Assembly (NCBI RefSeq): GCF_030144855.1
Contig: NC_082721.1
Location: 41,354,001 to 41,418,000 of the forward strand
Direction: 5' to 3'
DNA length: 64,000 nucleotides
Source: Hypanus sabinus
Taxonomy: Eukaryota
Position numbers and translations under genes: made by a program. The notes under the pieces are model-generated. The model saw only the letters and a program-made list of their open reading frames with translations, was not told the origin of the DNA and did no database searches. Below are positions 1-11,554 of this stretch, piece after piece. Each line of letters begins with the position of its first letter. The first letter of the stretch is position 1.

Positions 1-664
1 TAGCTGCCGATTGAAACTATGGATAATCCTGGAGATGACATCACAAAGTCGTACTATGATCTCAATAAGACATTCATTTTGTGCTCCAGCCATCTTGTCA
101 CAAAGCCTAAGCTATTATCCTAATAGCTTGGCGAACCTCTCTCCTCTCATAAACCAGCACCGACATTTACTACATGTTTAAGGAAAGTCTGGATTTCAAA
201 TCTTCCCACACAGATACCTAATCTGCCACAGCCCCACTACATTGCTTAGTGCTTAGATCTTGGTGTTCAGAACCCGTGAAGATCAAACCCAGACCAATCC
301 CCAAGGATTGGCTGTAAATAAGTGTGCAGAAATATTAGTTTTTTTTTCCCCAACCTAAAAATGATGCATTGAATCAAGTGTGTACAGGGCCCCCAATGGG
401 GGGAGCTCCCATTTTATCACAGCTGTCACCATCTCACTACAGGGCAGTCGGAGAGGGCATTGAATCCTCAATGTCATCATGTCATCAAGACAGCAGCACT
501 GTACATTGTTAGTGCCTGTAGAGGAGGGAGCTAGACTGGGTATGGAGAAAGGTCTGAGGAGACATTGAAATGCTGCTGATGAAAGAGATTCCGAAAGAAC
601 CCATTTATGATAGAGCAATGTCGGGAAGAAAATTAGGGCTTTGCTGAATTGGTCGAGATGACAT

Positions 665-669
665 CACGC

Positions 670-709
<40 letters not shown>
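665..709. repeat. Compound (CG)n(CA)n microsatellite, alternating purine-pyrimidine (Z-DNA-prone)
   Basis: cacgcgcgtgcgcgcgcgc followed by a (CA) run, read directly. Confidence 0.95.
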
Positions 710-1407
710 TAGAGATCGAGCCCAAAAATATAAAATAACATCAGCTAGTTTGCTTCATATTCTCTGGAGTCACAAAGACTGTCACAAAGAGGTGTGGGGA
801 GTCCCCTGTGGCAGCACCCGTGTGATGGGAGAGGGACTCCTCCGTGGTTAAATTCTCTGCCGCTTTGTGAACTGTCTATGCATGCTAAGGGGTATATGAG
901 CAGGCACCTCTGAGATGGCACTGTGCATTTTTTGGACCTGGGAGCTGCAGTTTATGATGGTTCCCAGCATAAGTTAGAGTGACAACTCTGCATGTAGGAG
1001 GGCCAAGATGGCCTGTTTCCGTGCTGTGATTGTTATATGTGTACAGTGCCTGGCCTTGGGAAAAGCTCTGAGGCAATAGCTTCAACTAGAAGTGTACAGG
1101 TGATATGATTTCACCTGGAAATGATCATAATTCAGTTTACTTTGGCTTTCAATGAATTTTGGATTGTATGACACCAAAAACAAAAGCAGAATGTGATCCT
1201 TCTTGTCTGAACTGAACTCACTGATGACACTTCAGTGTGAGATAACCTGAAGCCTTTTGTGGAATAACTTCACCTGGGCATCCGGACACACACATTCAGT
1301 GTTTTCTTTTAGAAAGTGAACATCATAAATTGGCATTTACTGGAAGTATTGTATCCAGATGTGGGATCACCTTGCAGGTATTCTTGGACACCAGAAAAAT
1401 CAAGGTG

Positions 1408-1700
1408 TGTTCACAGTGACACAGCCAGTAGAGCTGTTACCTACCTCCCAGTGCCAAGACCTGGGTTCAATCCCTGCCTCAGGTGATATCTGTTTGGAAT
1501 TTGAACCTTCTCCCTGTGACCGTGTGGGTTTCATCTGGGTGCTTCTGTTTCCTCCCAGATTTCAATGATTCATCACTGCAAATTGCCCCTCGTGTGTGGG
1601 CGAGTTGAAGAGGTGAGAGGGGAGGTGGTGGGAGAATAAAAATGGGATTAGTTGGAAGAGCCTTTTCCTCTGCTGTACTTTCTGTGTACTATGTGATGAT
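1408..1700 (+). mobile_element. tRNA-derived V-SINE (HE1-like), diverged
   Basis: B box GGGTTCAATCCC at about 1463, then the V-domain-like stretch ...TTCTCCCTGTGACCGTGTGGGTTTCATCTGGGTGCTTCTGTTTCCTCCCA; recognised from the elasmobranch HE1 consensus. Confidence 0.8.
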
Positions 1701-1753
1701 TAGTCCAAGTGGTTGTCCCAGCTCAGTGTGGTGAAGAGCCTGTTTCTGTACTA

Positions 1754-2685
1754 CAGGCAGTCCCTGGGATACGTATGAGTTCCGTTCCTGAGTCCGTCTT
1801 TAAGTCAGATTTGTACAGAAGTCGGAACAAGTACATCCGGTATTATTTAGCGTCAGTTAGTCAAACGTTTGTCTTAGTATATAGTATATATTTTACCTAT
1901 CTATGCATATAAAACACTTAAGAACCGTATGTATTCCAATAATTAAACCACTGCGCTGCTTAGCAATAATTGTAGCTTTCATCAGGGTAGCGCGTTTCAC
2001 ATGCTCCATTATTCTCACTTTATCTGTTATCCTTTAAAATTGTTCTGATCGTTGACTGACTGTAGCCTAACGCTTTTCCAATGACCGATGGCGTTTCACC
2101 TCTTTCCAAATGCTTCATTATTTCCACTTTATTTTCAATCGTGATTGCTTCCCATCAATGGAACAGAAACACTGCAGGCAGCGGCTGCTGACCTGCGCCG
2201 GCTCCCGAGGTCCGCTGGGTCCCAAGGACCACCATATTGAGACAGGCTAAATGGGACAAGTGGGGGCTGTGCTGGGTTTGAGTGTTTCATCATCCACAAT
2301 ATTCCATGTGGGAATTTAAACTGGAGGTGGCAGAGTTTTTTTTACAAGGTCGAGTTGCGAGCTCGACATCAACCCAGCACGGATGGTATGGGAGTCTCCG
2401 GATCGACATCAACCCAGCACGGGAACGGTCTATCACTGGATCGAACTCAGGAAACTCCATTCTCCAGCCCGGCGATGATCTCACTGCGCCACCAGCCAAT
2501 CGGAATGGGTGGGGGGGGTGGGGTCAGGGTGAATCTTACTTAAAAAAATTTAAGCCAATTACAAAGTTAAACACCCAACACAGTGTCAATGGCAACTACT
2601 TAAAATGGCGGACGGCGTTCTCCTTCCTCCGTTCGTAAGTACGAGTTTTTCATAAGTCGGACATTCGTGACTCGGGGACTACCTG
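1754..2685 (-). mobile_element. Non-autonomous Tigger/pogo-type DNA transposon (MITE-like) with a transposase HTH remnant
   Basis: TA TSDs at 1752-53 and 2686-87; imperfect TIRs CAGGCAGTCCCTGGGATACG / CGTGACTCGGGGACTACCTG. Minus strand 2151-2030 reads EAITIENKVEIMKHLERGETPSVIGKALGYSQSTIRTILKD, the CENP-B/psq-type HTH at the N-terminus of Tigger transposases. Confidence 0.9.
2335..2497 (-). mobile_element. tRNA-derived SINE nested in the Tigger MITE
   Basis: Minus strand starts GGCTGGTGGCGCAGTGAG (A box), has GAGTTCGATCC (B box, 2448-2438) and ends in CTTGTAAAAAAA; contains a duplicated 20-mer (TCGACATCAACCCAGCACGG x2). Confidence 0.75.
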
Positions 2686-3799
2686 TATAAGACTCTATGA
2701 AAGTGAAGGTTCATGCATGAGGGATATACAGTGAATGCTTGATTACCAGTGTTCCAGCAAACTGAGTTCCAATGTTGACCCTGTTGTACTCTCGGTGCAA
2801 TGTACATGTTAACACAGGACCTGACTCAGTGCCATTTAGGTCTCGGCTCAGATGCTTCCTTTCAGGTGCCTGTTATTGAAACGCTGAATAACTGAGCATT
2901 TTGTGAAGTTTTGAAGAAATTATTCCTCAGTATAGTGGAGGTGAATGTGCTATCAAGATTGTGCTCAAACACTGGAAGGTTTGAAAGTGGTGAAAGAATC
3001 AGTAAGCATCAACCTGGGAGAGTAGAAGGGCTGAAGAACTGTCTCAACAACTTTAAAACAAGCAGTTTACCTCCAATCTTTTGTTGAGGGAGGCAATATC
3101 ACTGGAAAAGAAGCTGGATGAACGTTTGGAAAAGATTTGGGAAAAGAAACAGGGTGAGGATTTCCATCTAACATGTATAAAGGCTTAACAACTCCTTTCT
3201 GCATTGTAATGAAGAAGTACATGCTTGATCCAGAGGGTGAGGATATATTGGGAAGGGGCAAGGATTACACTGGCTATTGATTACCCAGTACCAGCCCACT
3301 GAAAACTCTGAGTCTGTGACAGGATTAGGTTGGATATGTTCTATTAATAAGATCTTTGCCACTGTTTGGGCTTGGACCATCAATATTTAGACTAGGTTGT
3401 AGTTTCGAACCCATGCTGTCTCCTCGTGGACTCCCATCTAAAATAGTGAACAGAAGCAGGGACTTGAACTGGCCAGAATCTGAGGATCTGCCATCTGGTG
3501 GACACATTCATCTGCTGCACAACAAAGTACAACTCTCATTGACCAGCGCAAAGGAAGAAGCACTTTTTCAGTTGTTTACAGCCAATTTAAATCATAGGAA
3601 TGAATTTGGGTTGCCAAAGTTATTTAGATGTTGAAAGCATACCTTTTGGACAGTGAGCATGTATTGCCAATCCTGATTAGATATTGCAAACAAGCATATC
3701 TTGTCTTGGCCTATGGCCATGCTTTAGTGGTGGGAGTACATATGATGTGAGACCAGTGTGCACAATGGCCTAAATGTAAATGTTGCTTGGTTCCATAAG

Positions 3800-4115
3800 T
3801 TACAATTCAGTTTATTCATCCGTACACTTGTATAACACCAAATGCAATGATGTTCCTCCAGACCAAGGTGCGCAGCGCAGTGTATTTAACTCACACACGG
3901 CACTCAAAGTAATATTGCTGCCAGTAAATTAACAAATAATAAGGTGCATTTACAACCCAAAGTAAGCAGTACTGTATAACACTACTGGCACTTCATGTAT
4001 GATTAGGCCTGGGTAATGGCAGGGAGTTCAGTAGTCTTACGGCCTGAAGGAAGAAGCTGCTTACCATTCTCATAGACCGTGTCATAATGCTATCATACCT
4101 CCTGCCTGATTGATC
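3800..4115 (-). mobile_element. Rex1/Babar LINE 3' fragment
   Basis: Similar to the 3' UTR/ORF end of the longer Rex-type copies in this window (...gaagaagctg...catacctcctgcctgat). Confidence 0.6.
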
Positions 4116-4140
4116 ATGGGTCTATTAACCATCTATTAAC

Positions 4141-5342
4141 TGTTGATCGGCACTCTGTAAACTTCCTTACTGCTACTTCATAGTCTTGCCTTGCCACCTA
4201 TTCTTCCATTCTTTGCAGCTGTCCTCTGCTCTGAAACTTGACCAATTAAATGTGCTCATTTCGTTGTGGTTTGTTCGAGAGGCAAGCCAGCTCTTAGCAG
4301 TCAGCCTGTTCCATGGGTCTTGACTTCAATAAGCTCCTGTTAAATCCTACACTCTCCTTGATGCTTCTCCTCCAACTGAGTTTATGTGTTTCCTGGGCAA
4401 TAAGAAGCCCATGCTGGTGACAAGGATGTATCCCTATTGAGAGTCTGTATTGCTATTGCTAGGGGATGGAGGAGTGCATACAAACTCAGTATGATGGCTG
4501 AAAGTGATCGAATAGCTTACTGGACTAATTAGCAAATATGATAGGAAGCAGGAGGCATTTAGCATTTATTTTGAACACTGCAGCTATAGGTGAAATTGCT
4601 GAAGAACAGAATGTTGCAATCTGTGAGTGAAAAAAAAGCCAATCTGTCATCGAAAGTGAACTTGGACACTGTTGACATTACACAGTTCGACTGGTAACCC
4701 GTTTAATGAGGTAGTTCAGAAATCAAGGGCATATCTTGACCCAGCACCGTGTGAAATACTTCAAAGCTACAAGTAGCTTGTGATAAGGCACTTGAGGGGT
4801 TAGTCAGTGATCACACGGAGAAAGGTTGGAACTCTGCTGATCGTGTGTTCAGAGAGAGAGATGTGTGTGCCAACTTTCTCTTCAGTGTGGCCAGGTAACG
4901 GGAACTTCTGCCTACCATTGATTGCAGGAATCCTGCAGGGGTGGAGGATATGCAGAGATCTCAGTCAGTGCAGGGCCCTGGGGCACAAGACGTTACCAAT
5001 ATAGCAATGTCATCATCTTAACTTCTTTAATGGGACCTGGTGACGTGAGTGTACCCAAATGGTGGGACAGGCTGCCATTGTTATCAGCACAAGTGGAGAT
5101 GGTAGACAAGGAGTCACATATGGAAACAAGCACTCACACACCAAAGAGAGATCAAGTGGCAATGATGTGTGGTAAATGGTCTCAAGATGGAAAAGAGTAC
5201 TGACATAGCAGTGGATTGTTCAGTAATGAGGCAGGGAAAGTTCATCAAGGTCCCCATGACCTCAGGTAAAATCACATTGTGAGTGTCTTCACTGTACTGT
5301 TGAAGACCTGGGGAGAAATATTGTGCACAGCTCTGCACATTG
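4141..5342 (+). mobile_element. Old Gypsy LTR retrotransposon, 5' part (probable LTR, PBS, gag and protease remnants)
   Basis: TGGTGACAAGGATG at 4415 matches a CpG-decayed tRNA-Ser(GCT) PBS (TGGCGACGAGGATG). A gag-like TGLISKYDRKQEAFSIYFEH lies at about 4520-4580 and a protease-like VVNGLKMEKSTDIAVDCSVM at about 5168-5228. The LTR left edge is uncertain. Confidence 0.6.
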
Positions 5343-5531
5343 TGGGTGGTACCATCATGTAATTGATTAGCGTAGTGCCAATGACCCAGGTTCAATTCCT
5401 CTGCTGTCTGTAAGAAGTTTGTACATTCTGCCTGTGACCAAATGGGTAATCTCTGGGTGCCTCCTGCATTCTGAAGGCATACAGGTTAGCAGGTTTATTG
5501 TCACATGAGTGCAATTCGGTGGCGGGGACTT
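5343..5531 (+). mobile_element. V-SINE 5' part (tail displaced to 7330-7378 by a LINE insertion)
   Basis: B box CAGGTTCAATTCC and V-domain-like body; the missing tail CTCATTGGGATAGAAAGGCC...GCTGTACCTCTAAAT lies just beyond the Rex copy. Confidence 0.7.
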
Positions 5532-7305
5532 AAAGTTCAAAGTAAATTTATTATTAGTGTACATACACATCTCCACATACAACCCTCAGATTCTTTTTCT
5601 GTGGGCATACTTGGAAAATCTATAGAAGAGTAACTGTAAACAGATCAATGGACAACAAACTCTGCAAATGCAGATATAAATTGATTGGTTGAGGCATGAA
5701 GGGATACTGAGGGAAGGCAGGAGATTGGGGCTGAGAGGAATATTGGATCAGCCATGATGAATAAGTGGAGCAGACTCGATGGGCTAAAAGGCCTAATTCT
5801 GCTCCTATATCATATGGTCTTATTGTCTAAATAAATAGCAATAAATAATGAGCATGAAATAACAAGATAAAGAGTACTTAAAGTGAGACCATCGGTTGTG
5901 GGGACACCAGATGTAGATTGAGTGTAGTTATCCCCTTTTATTCACAAGCCTGATGGTTGAAAGGTAGTAACAGTTACTGAACCTGGTGCTGTGAGTCCTG
6001 AGGCACCTGTACTTTTTACCTGATGGAAGCAGTGAGAAAAAAACATGTCCTGGTTGGTGAGGATCTTTGATAATGGATGCTGCTTTCCTACGGCAGTGTT
6101 TCATGTTGCTGAATCTACTACCTTTTGTAGGATTTTCCACTCAAAGGCATTGGTAATTCCATACCAGGCCTTTGAGCAGCCAATCAGCACACTTTCCACC
6201 ACACATCCATAGAAGTTTGCCAAGGTTTTTGATGACATTCTGAATCTTCACAAATTCCTAACGAAGTAGAGGCACTGTTGTGCTTTCTTCACAATTATAT
6301 TTATGTGATGGGTCCATGACAGGTCCTCTGAGATAGTGACACCCAGGAATTTGAAGTTACTGACTCTTTCCACCTCTGATCCTCCAAAGATTACTGGCTT
6401 ATGGACCTCTGGTTTCCCTCTCCTGAAGTCCACAATTAGTTCCTTGGTCATATTGACATTGAGTGAGAGGATGTTATTACATCACTCAGCCAAATTTTCA
6501 GTGTCCCTCCTGTATGCTGATTCATCACCACCTTTGATACAGCCCACAACAGTGGCGTCATCAGCAAACTTGAATATGGAGTTTGGAGCTGTACTTAGCC
6601 ACACAGTCACAGGTATAAAGTGAGTAGAGCAGGGTGCTAAGCACGCATTCCTGGTGTGTTCCTGTGCTGATGGAGATGGTGGAGGAGACGTTTTTGCCAA
6701 TCTGAACTGACTGGGATCTACCGGTGAGAAAATCCAGGATCCAATTGCACAAGGCGGTATCGATGCCCAGGTCTTGGAGCTTACTGATTAGTTTTGAGGG
6801 GAAGAAGGTATTAAATGCTGAGCTGTGGTCAATAAAGAGCATCCTGATGTATACATCTTTGCTGTTCAAATGTTCCAGGGTTGTGTGAAGAGCCAATGAG
6901 ATTGCATAGAAGGCTTCGGTACACAAATCGGAGCGGATTCAAGTTGCCAGACTCTGACAGATCCAACTGAGAAAGGAGCTGATATGCTTCAACACCAGCC
7001 TCTCAAAGCACCTCATCACCGTTGGATGGAAGTGCCACTGGGTGATAGTTATTGAAACAGGTTACCATGCTGTTCTTGGGCACCAGTATGATTGAAGCCT
7101 GCTTGAAGCAGGTGGGTACCACACACTGCCAGAGCGAGGGGTTGAAGCTATCTGTGAATACACCATTCAATTGTTCAGCACAGATCTTCAGCATTCAGCC
7201 CAGGTTCTTTGTCTGGAACGGGATGCTTTCCTTGGATTCACTCTCTTGGAGGCAGCCTACAAGTCATCTTCAGGTACTGAGACCAAAGGATCATCAGGAG
7301 ATGTA
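5532..7305 (-). mobile_element. Rex1/Babar LINE, 5'-truncated, frameshifted RT
   Basis: ORF-track peptides [42 protein letters not shown] and TKELIVDFRR...FKFLGVTISEDLSW; (CTTTGAA)-type tail at 5532. Confidence 0.92.
5681..5828 (+). mobile_element. CR1 LINE 3' tail nested in the Rex 3' UTR
   Basis: GATCAGCCATGATGAAT...GGAGCAGACTCGATGGGCT...GGCCTAATTCTGCTCCTATATCATATGGTCTT; the same tail recurs at about 23060 and 50300. Confidence 0.8.
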
Positions 7306-7378
7306 CATCTGGAAGTGAAGCCTTCATTGGAACTCATTGGGATAGAAAGGCCTTATAATGCTGTACCTCTAAATACAA

Positions 7379-8350
7379 TTTACAAAAATAGAAGGAAGTT
7401 AAAATGATGATCATAACAAGCAAGGACCAGCACAACTGGCATAGAGTGACTCGGGATTCTTCAACTCGATTATGTGTCTACTAGCCGAATAAATCATTAA
7501 TGCAGTTTGTGGATTTGCTTAATGACTCGTACAGTGGGCATGAAGCCCATCACTACATCCGCCATGATGCCAGGTCTACCTGTTGCCAGCCCAGCCCAGT
7601 GACCTGCTGGCTTGCAGCACAGATGGAGGAGAAGCTGGGGAAGCTGAAGGAGTGCAGGGAGTTGGTTGACGTCCAGCATTGCGATCAGACAACCCTGCAG
7701 TCCTGAACTTGGGTGAGATGGTCTGACTTATGCTGGGATTATAAACCCACTTCAAATGGAAGCCACAGCAATGTGCCACACCCATGACCATGACCCACAA
7801 TGTAAGCAGCCAGGACCAAAGTCACTGGAAAGCTTGTGCTTGGCTGAATGTCGATCTGGCGAGTCAGTGCTGTCTAACAGTGAACACATACATGGGGCTA
7901 TTTACCTGTACTGAGTTGCCATATGGGATGAAATCAGCCCTGAAATTGTTTCAAACAATAATGGATGAAATATTACCAGGAGTTCCCCACCACCTGAGCA
8001 GTCAGGATGATATATTAATTGTCGTGTAGTTAGGGAAGAAGTGCTTGAAGAAACATTCGAGAGGGGGGAGCATGCCTGTGTTGGTTGGAAGCGATGCAAG
8101 TATGCTTTTGTGCAGAGTCCGGTGAAGTTGCTGAGTCTCACAGAAGGAAGCTTTTGGAAGGATGTTGTGACAGAGCTTCGATCCTTCCTCTGGATGCTCA
8201 AACCATCTGCTCAATTCTTACTGGGTCTTGCCAACATCCTGAACTTAACTTATCCAGATGTATCAGCCTTGGTGTGAGCATGAAGGCTATTCTTAGCCAT
8301 GGCTGATGAAACTATGTCACCTGGTGACATTATGAGCCTCGCTTAGGCAG
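7379..8350 (+). mobile_element. Old Gypsy retrotransposon, continuation (end of protease region and RT remnant)
   Basis: HEAHHYIRHDARSTCCQPSPV...QMEEKLGKLKE and LTVNTYMGLFTCTELPYGMKSALKLFQTIMDEILPGVP..SQDDILIV are decayed Gypsy RT motifs (LPYG, YxDD). Confidence 0.8.
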
Positions 8351-9189
8351 TTGGGGGTGGACAGTTCCCATAAAGTGAAGTGTTCCTTAATGCTCCCAGC
8401 AAAGGGAAATTTTGTAGATACGTATGCATCAGAACGCCACACTTTACAGCCATTATTTCACACAGTAAGATCCCAGTTGCTGCAATTAGTTGCATGTCAC
8501 AAATGCCTGAAACCTGTGCCCACCATTTCCAATCTAAAGGTGACTTCATACCATTTTCCCTCTTCCATTTCCTAATCTGTTTTGCGTAGTTGGCCTCAGC
8601 ATCTCTCAGTAAAATTCCCAGGGAATCCCACCTCTCACTCCCTGCCCGTGCACGCTGGGTAGAATCCGCAGCATCGCACCCTCATGTTGTTGAATCTCCT
8701 GGGTGAGTGGCATAATGGGAGAGCGGAGCTGGAACCATCTTCCCCAGAGGAAATGACTCCCACGGGAAACACGGGGGGGGTGGGGTGAAGGCCGTGGTTT
8801 TCTGAAGTCGGCTTTCCACCTGCTGATGCTGGATGAGTTTATTGACATGTTAATCATAAACTGATAAATGAGAGAGGGACAAGTGGCCCCTGACTGGTGG
8901 GTGGAAAGAAAACATAATCCATTAATCACAAGCTGACGGGGAAGCAGTTTTGCATTCTTCCCTCCTGGTATTGTAATATAACCGACAGCAGGGCTTCTCT
9001 CTGTTTGTTCATCCGGCACAAGCAACACAGGGGATTTAACTGTTGCTATGTCTAAAGTGCTCCAAGAATGTTCTCCAGCTAAAACTGATTGCCCTCGGGG
9101 TGGGTTGTCAGGGAGGAGCCAGCCAGGGCTCATGCTCCGGTTGGCAGTCTCCCGTTTCTCAGTGTGCGTGGAATGAGTGAATAATTGGA

Positions 9190-9850
9190 GCCGGTTTATT
9201 ATTGTCACATGTACTGAGACATAGTGAAAAGCTTGTCATGCATACAATTCATACAAATGAGATCATTACACGGTGCATTGGGGTAGAACAAGGTAAAACA
9301 ATAGCAATGCAGAATAAGGTGTAGCAGCTACAGAGAGAGTGCAGTGCAGGTGAACAATAAGGTGCAAGATCATACGGAGGCAGATTGTGAGGTCATAAAC
9401 ACGAGATTCTGGAAGTCCTGAGCAACACACGCAAAATGCTGGAGGAACTCAGCAAGTCAGGCAACATTTATGGAGGGGAATAAACAGTTGTTATTTCGAG
9501 CCAGGTCAAGAGTCCAATTTATCAGAACAGGGAACAATGTAACAGTCTTATAACAGTGAGATAAAACTGTCCTTGAGCCTTGTTGTACACGGTTTAGACT
9601 TTTGTATCTTCTGCACGAGGGGAGAAGGGAGAATGTTTGGGATGGGTGCAGTTTATGGTTATGCTAGATGTTTTGCTGGAGCAGCAAGGAGGGTAGACAG
9701 AGTCCATGGAGGGGAGGCTGGTTTCTGTGCTGTGCTCAGCTGTGTCCACAACTCTCTGCAAGCATCCTGATAGGATGCTTTATCAATATAAATGTGTAAG
9801 AGTCAACAGGGGCATGCAAATTTCTTTTGCCTCCTGAGGAAGTAGAGGCT
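9190..9850 (-). mobile_element. Rex1/Babar LINE 3' fragment, interrupted at 9396-9502
   Basis: Tail GGTTTATTATTGTCACATGTAC shared with copies at about 22440, 33395 and 39125; decayed ORF end. Confidence 0.65.
9396..9502 (-). mobile_element. Penelope-like element terminal fragment with 6-bp TSD
   Basis: AAAATGCTGGAGGAACTCAGCA...GAATAAACAGTTG; flanked by AGGTCA at 9390-95 and 9503-08. Confidence 0.75.
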
Positions 9851-10109
9851 TTCATAAGAATGACTCCCAAATGTAGTTGGGATGAATCCTCAATCCATGC
9901 TTCAACTCTGGACCACCGTTGGAATTTGGTCCATGCTCCTTCCTGTGCACACAGCAAGATCCTGCCCACAGAAACTGGGGCAATTCAGCCAATTATTCTG
10001 TTCTCAGTGAGGTTTTTGTGATGACTATGAATGATGATCTTTAAGTTGTGCACAGAGTCATATTGACTCACACGAACAAGAAGATGGGTCCATGTTTGGA
10101 GATCTAAGA

Positions 10110-10520
10110 ATGAACATTCTGACCGGTTGCACCACTGGCTGGTATGGAGGCACCAATGCACAGGAGCATTAGTGGCTGCAGAGGGTTGGAGCCAGTTCCA
10201 TCATGAGCACTAGCCAACTCATCATCGAGGGCATCTTCCAAAGGCAGTACCTCAAGAAGCTGACATCCATCATTAAGGACCCTCACCTCTTCTCATTACT
10301 ACCATCAGGGAAGAACCTAAAAGAGTCACATTCAACATTTCAGGATCTCCCCCTCTGTTCTCAGGTTTCTAAACAACCCATAAATGCTACCTCACTATTC
10401 CTCCTTTGTGCTATTTATTAATTTCATTGTAATTGAAGGAAATTTTTATGTCTTGCTCTTTTCTGCTGCACAAACAACAAATTGCATGACTTACTGTATG
10501 GCAAAATAATTCTCATTTTG
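10110..10520 (+). mobile_element. Rex1/Babar LINE 3' fragment
   Basis: Peptide IEGIFQRQYLKKLTSIIKDPHLFSLLPSGK matches the C-terminus of the other Rex copies. Confidence 0.75.
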
Positions 10521-11554
10521 ACATAGAACAGTACAACACAGGAATAGACCGTTCAGTCCACACTGTTGTACAGCACCTAGTGTGCTGTAACACTCCTGCA
10601 ATGTTGCATTGAGATGTCAGCTTGAAGTACCTGACTGGAACGAAGGTGCACTGCACAATGAGCCAGACTGGAGCCCATAGAGCAGACCCAACAGGGACCT
10701 TTCTGCATCAGTCCTGGCCAGAGTGGAACCCACTGATATAGCCACTTTGCGCCCACGTTGAGCTAGCCTGATGGAAAAATGCCAGTTTCAGACCATGATA
10801 TGAATGTCAGCGGCAGATTGTGTTTTAACGCAAGATTTAAAATGAGAGAAGCACTGTACATTCTGAGGTAGGATTGGCACAATGGGCCGAATGGCCTCAA
10901 ATGATGTAAAATGAAGCAGTGATGCAAACGGGGAAGAAAACAAGGAGGTCCCATGAGCACTTTGGAAAGAGGCCATATTTGTACCCAGCCCCAGTTGTGA
11001 TCTGGTGATAATCTCATCGGCTGTGCTCGGGGTAGTCCTCAGCTCAGTAATGGCTCTGCTGAACTCAGTCCCATCGCCACAGAAGCAGCCAGAGTGTGCA
11101 GAGAGGCTATCCTGGCACATGGCGTTCCGATGTCAGGTCAATTACCTCATCTTCTAGTCAAGGATGTAAACTAATCTAATTCAGACATTCATTGTGATTA
11201 TGTTACAAGGATGTAACCCTTGTTCCTTCCTCTTTGCAAGCATGCCTTCGTTATCCAGTACTACCTCCGGCTGATGGACAAATGTCTGATGAAAAGATAA
11301 ATGCAGGGGCTATGGAGCTGATATTAGCTTCACTGTCCTGGGATCCAGTTTATATGGCAGAAGTGGGATATGAACGAGGAGACTGAAGCAATATATTGTC
11401 TCTTTGTCACCGACACACTAAGCAATGAAAGCACTGATTGAAAACCATAGCTTCAGGCTACGGTGATTAATCAGACGGAGAGGGGATTTTGGTTAAAGAA
11501 GGCACTTTCACTTCAGTGTTGTGGAGACTTCCAGCACATTTTCCTGGTCTATAC

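Noticed and set aside
1408-2497. tRNA-like A/B boxes
   Set aside because: They are SINE heads followed by SINE bodies, with no complete cloverleaf; not tRNA genes.
2865-3001. Possible exon (ttcctttcag| ... atca|gtaagc)
   Set aside because: No supporting coding signal; such site pairs arise often by chance in 64 kb.
8606-9208. 200-aa minus-strand ORF, the longest non-LINE ORF in the track
   Set aside because: It starts inside a Rex tail, has no recognisable domain or exon context, and reads like random sequence.
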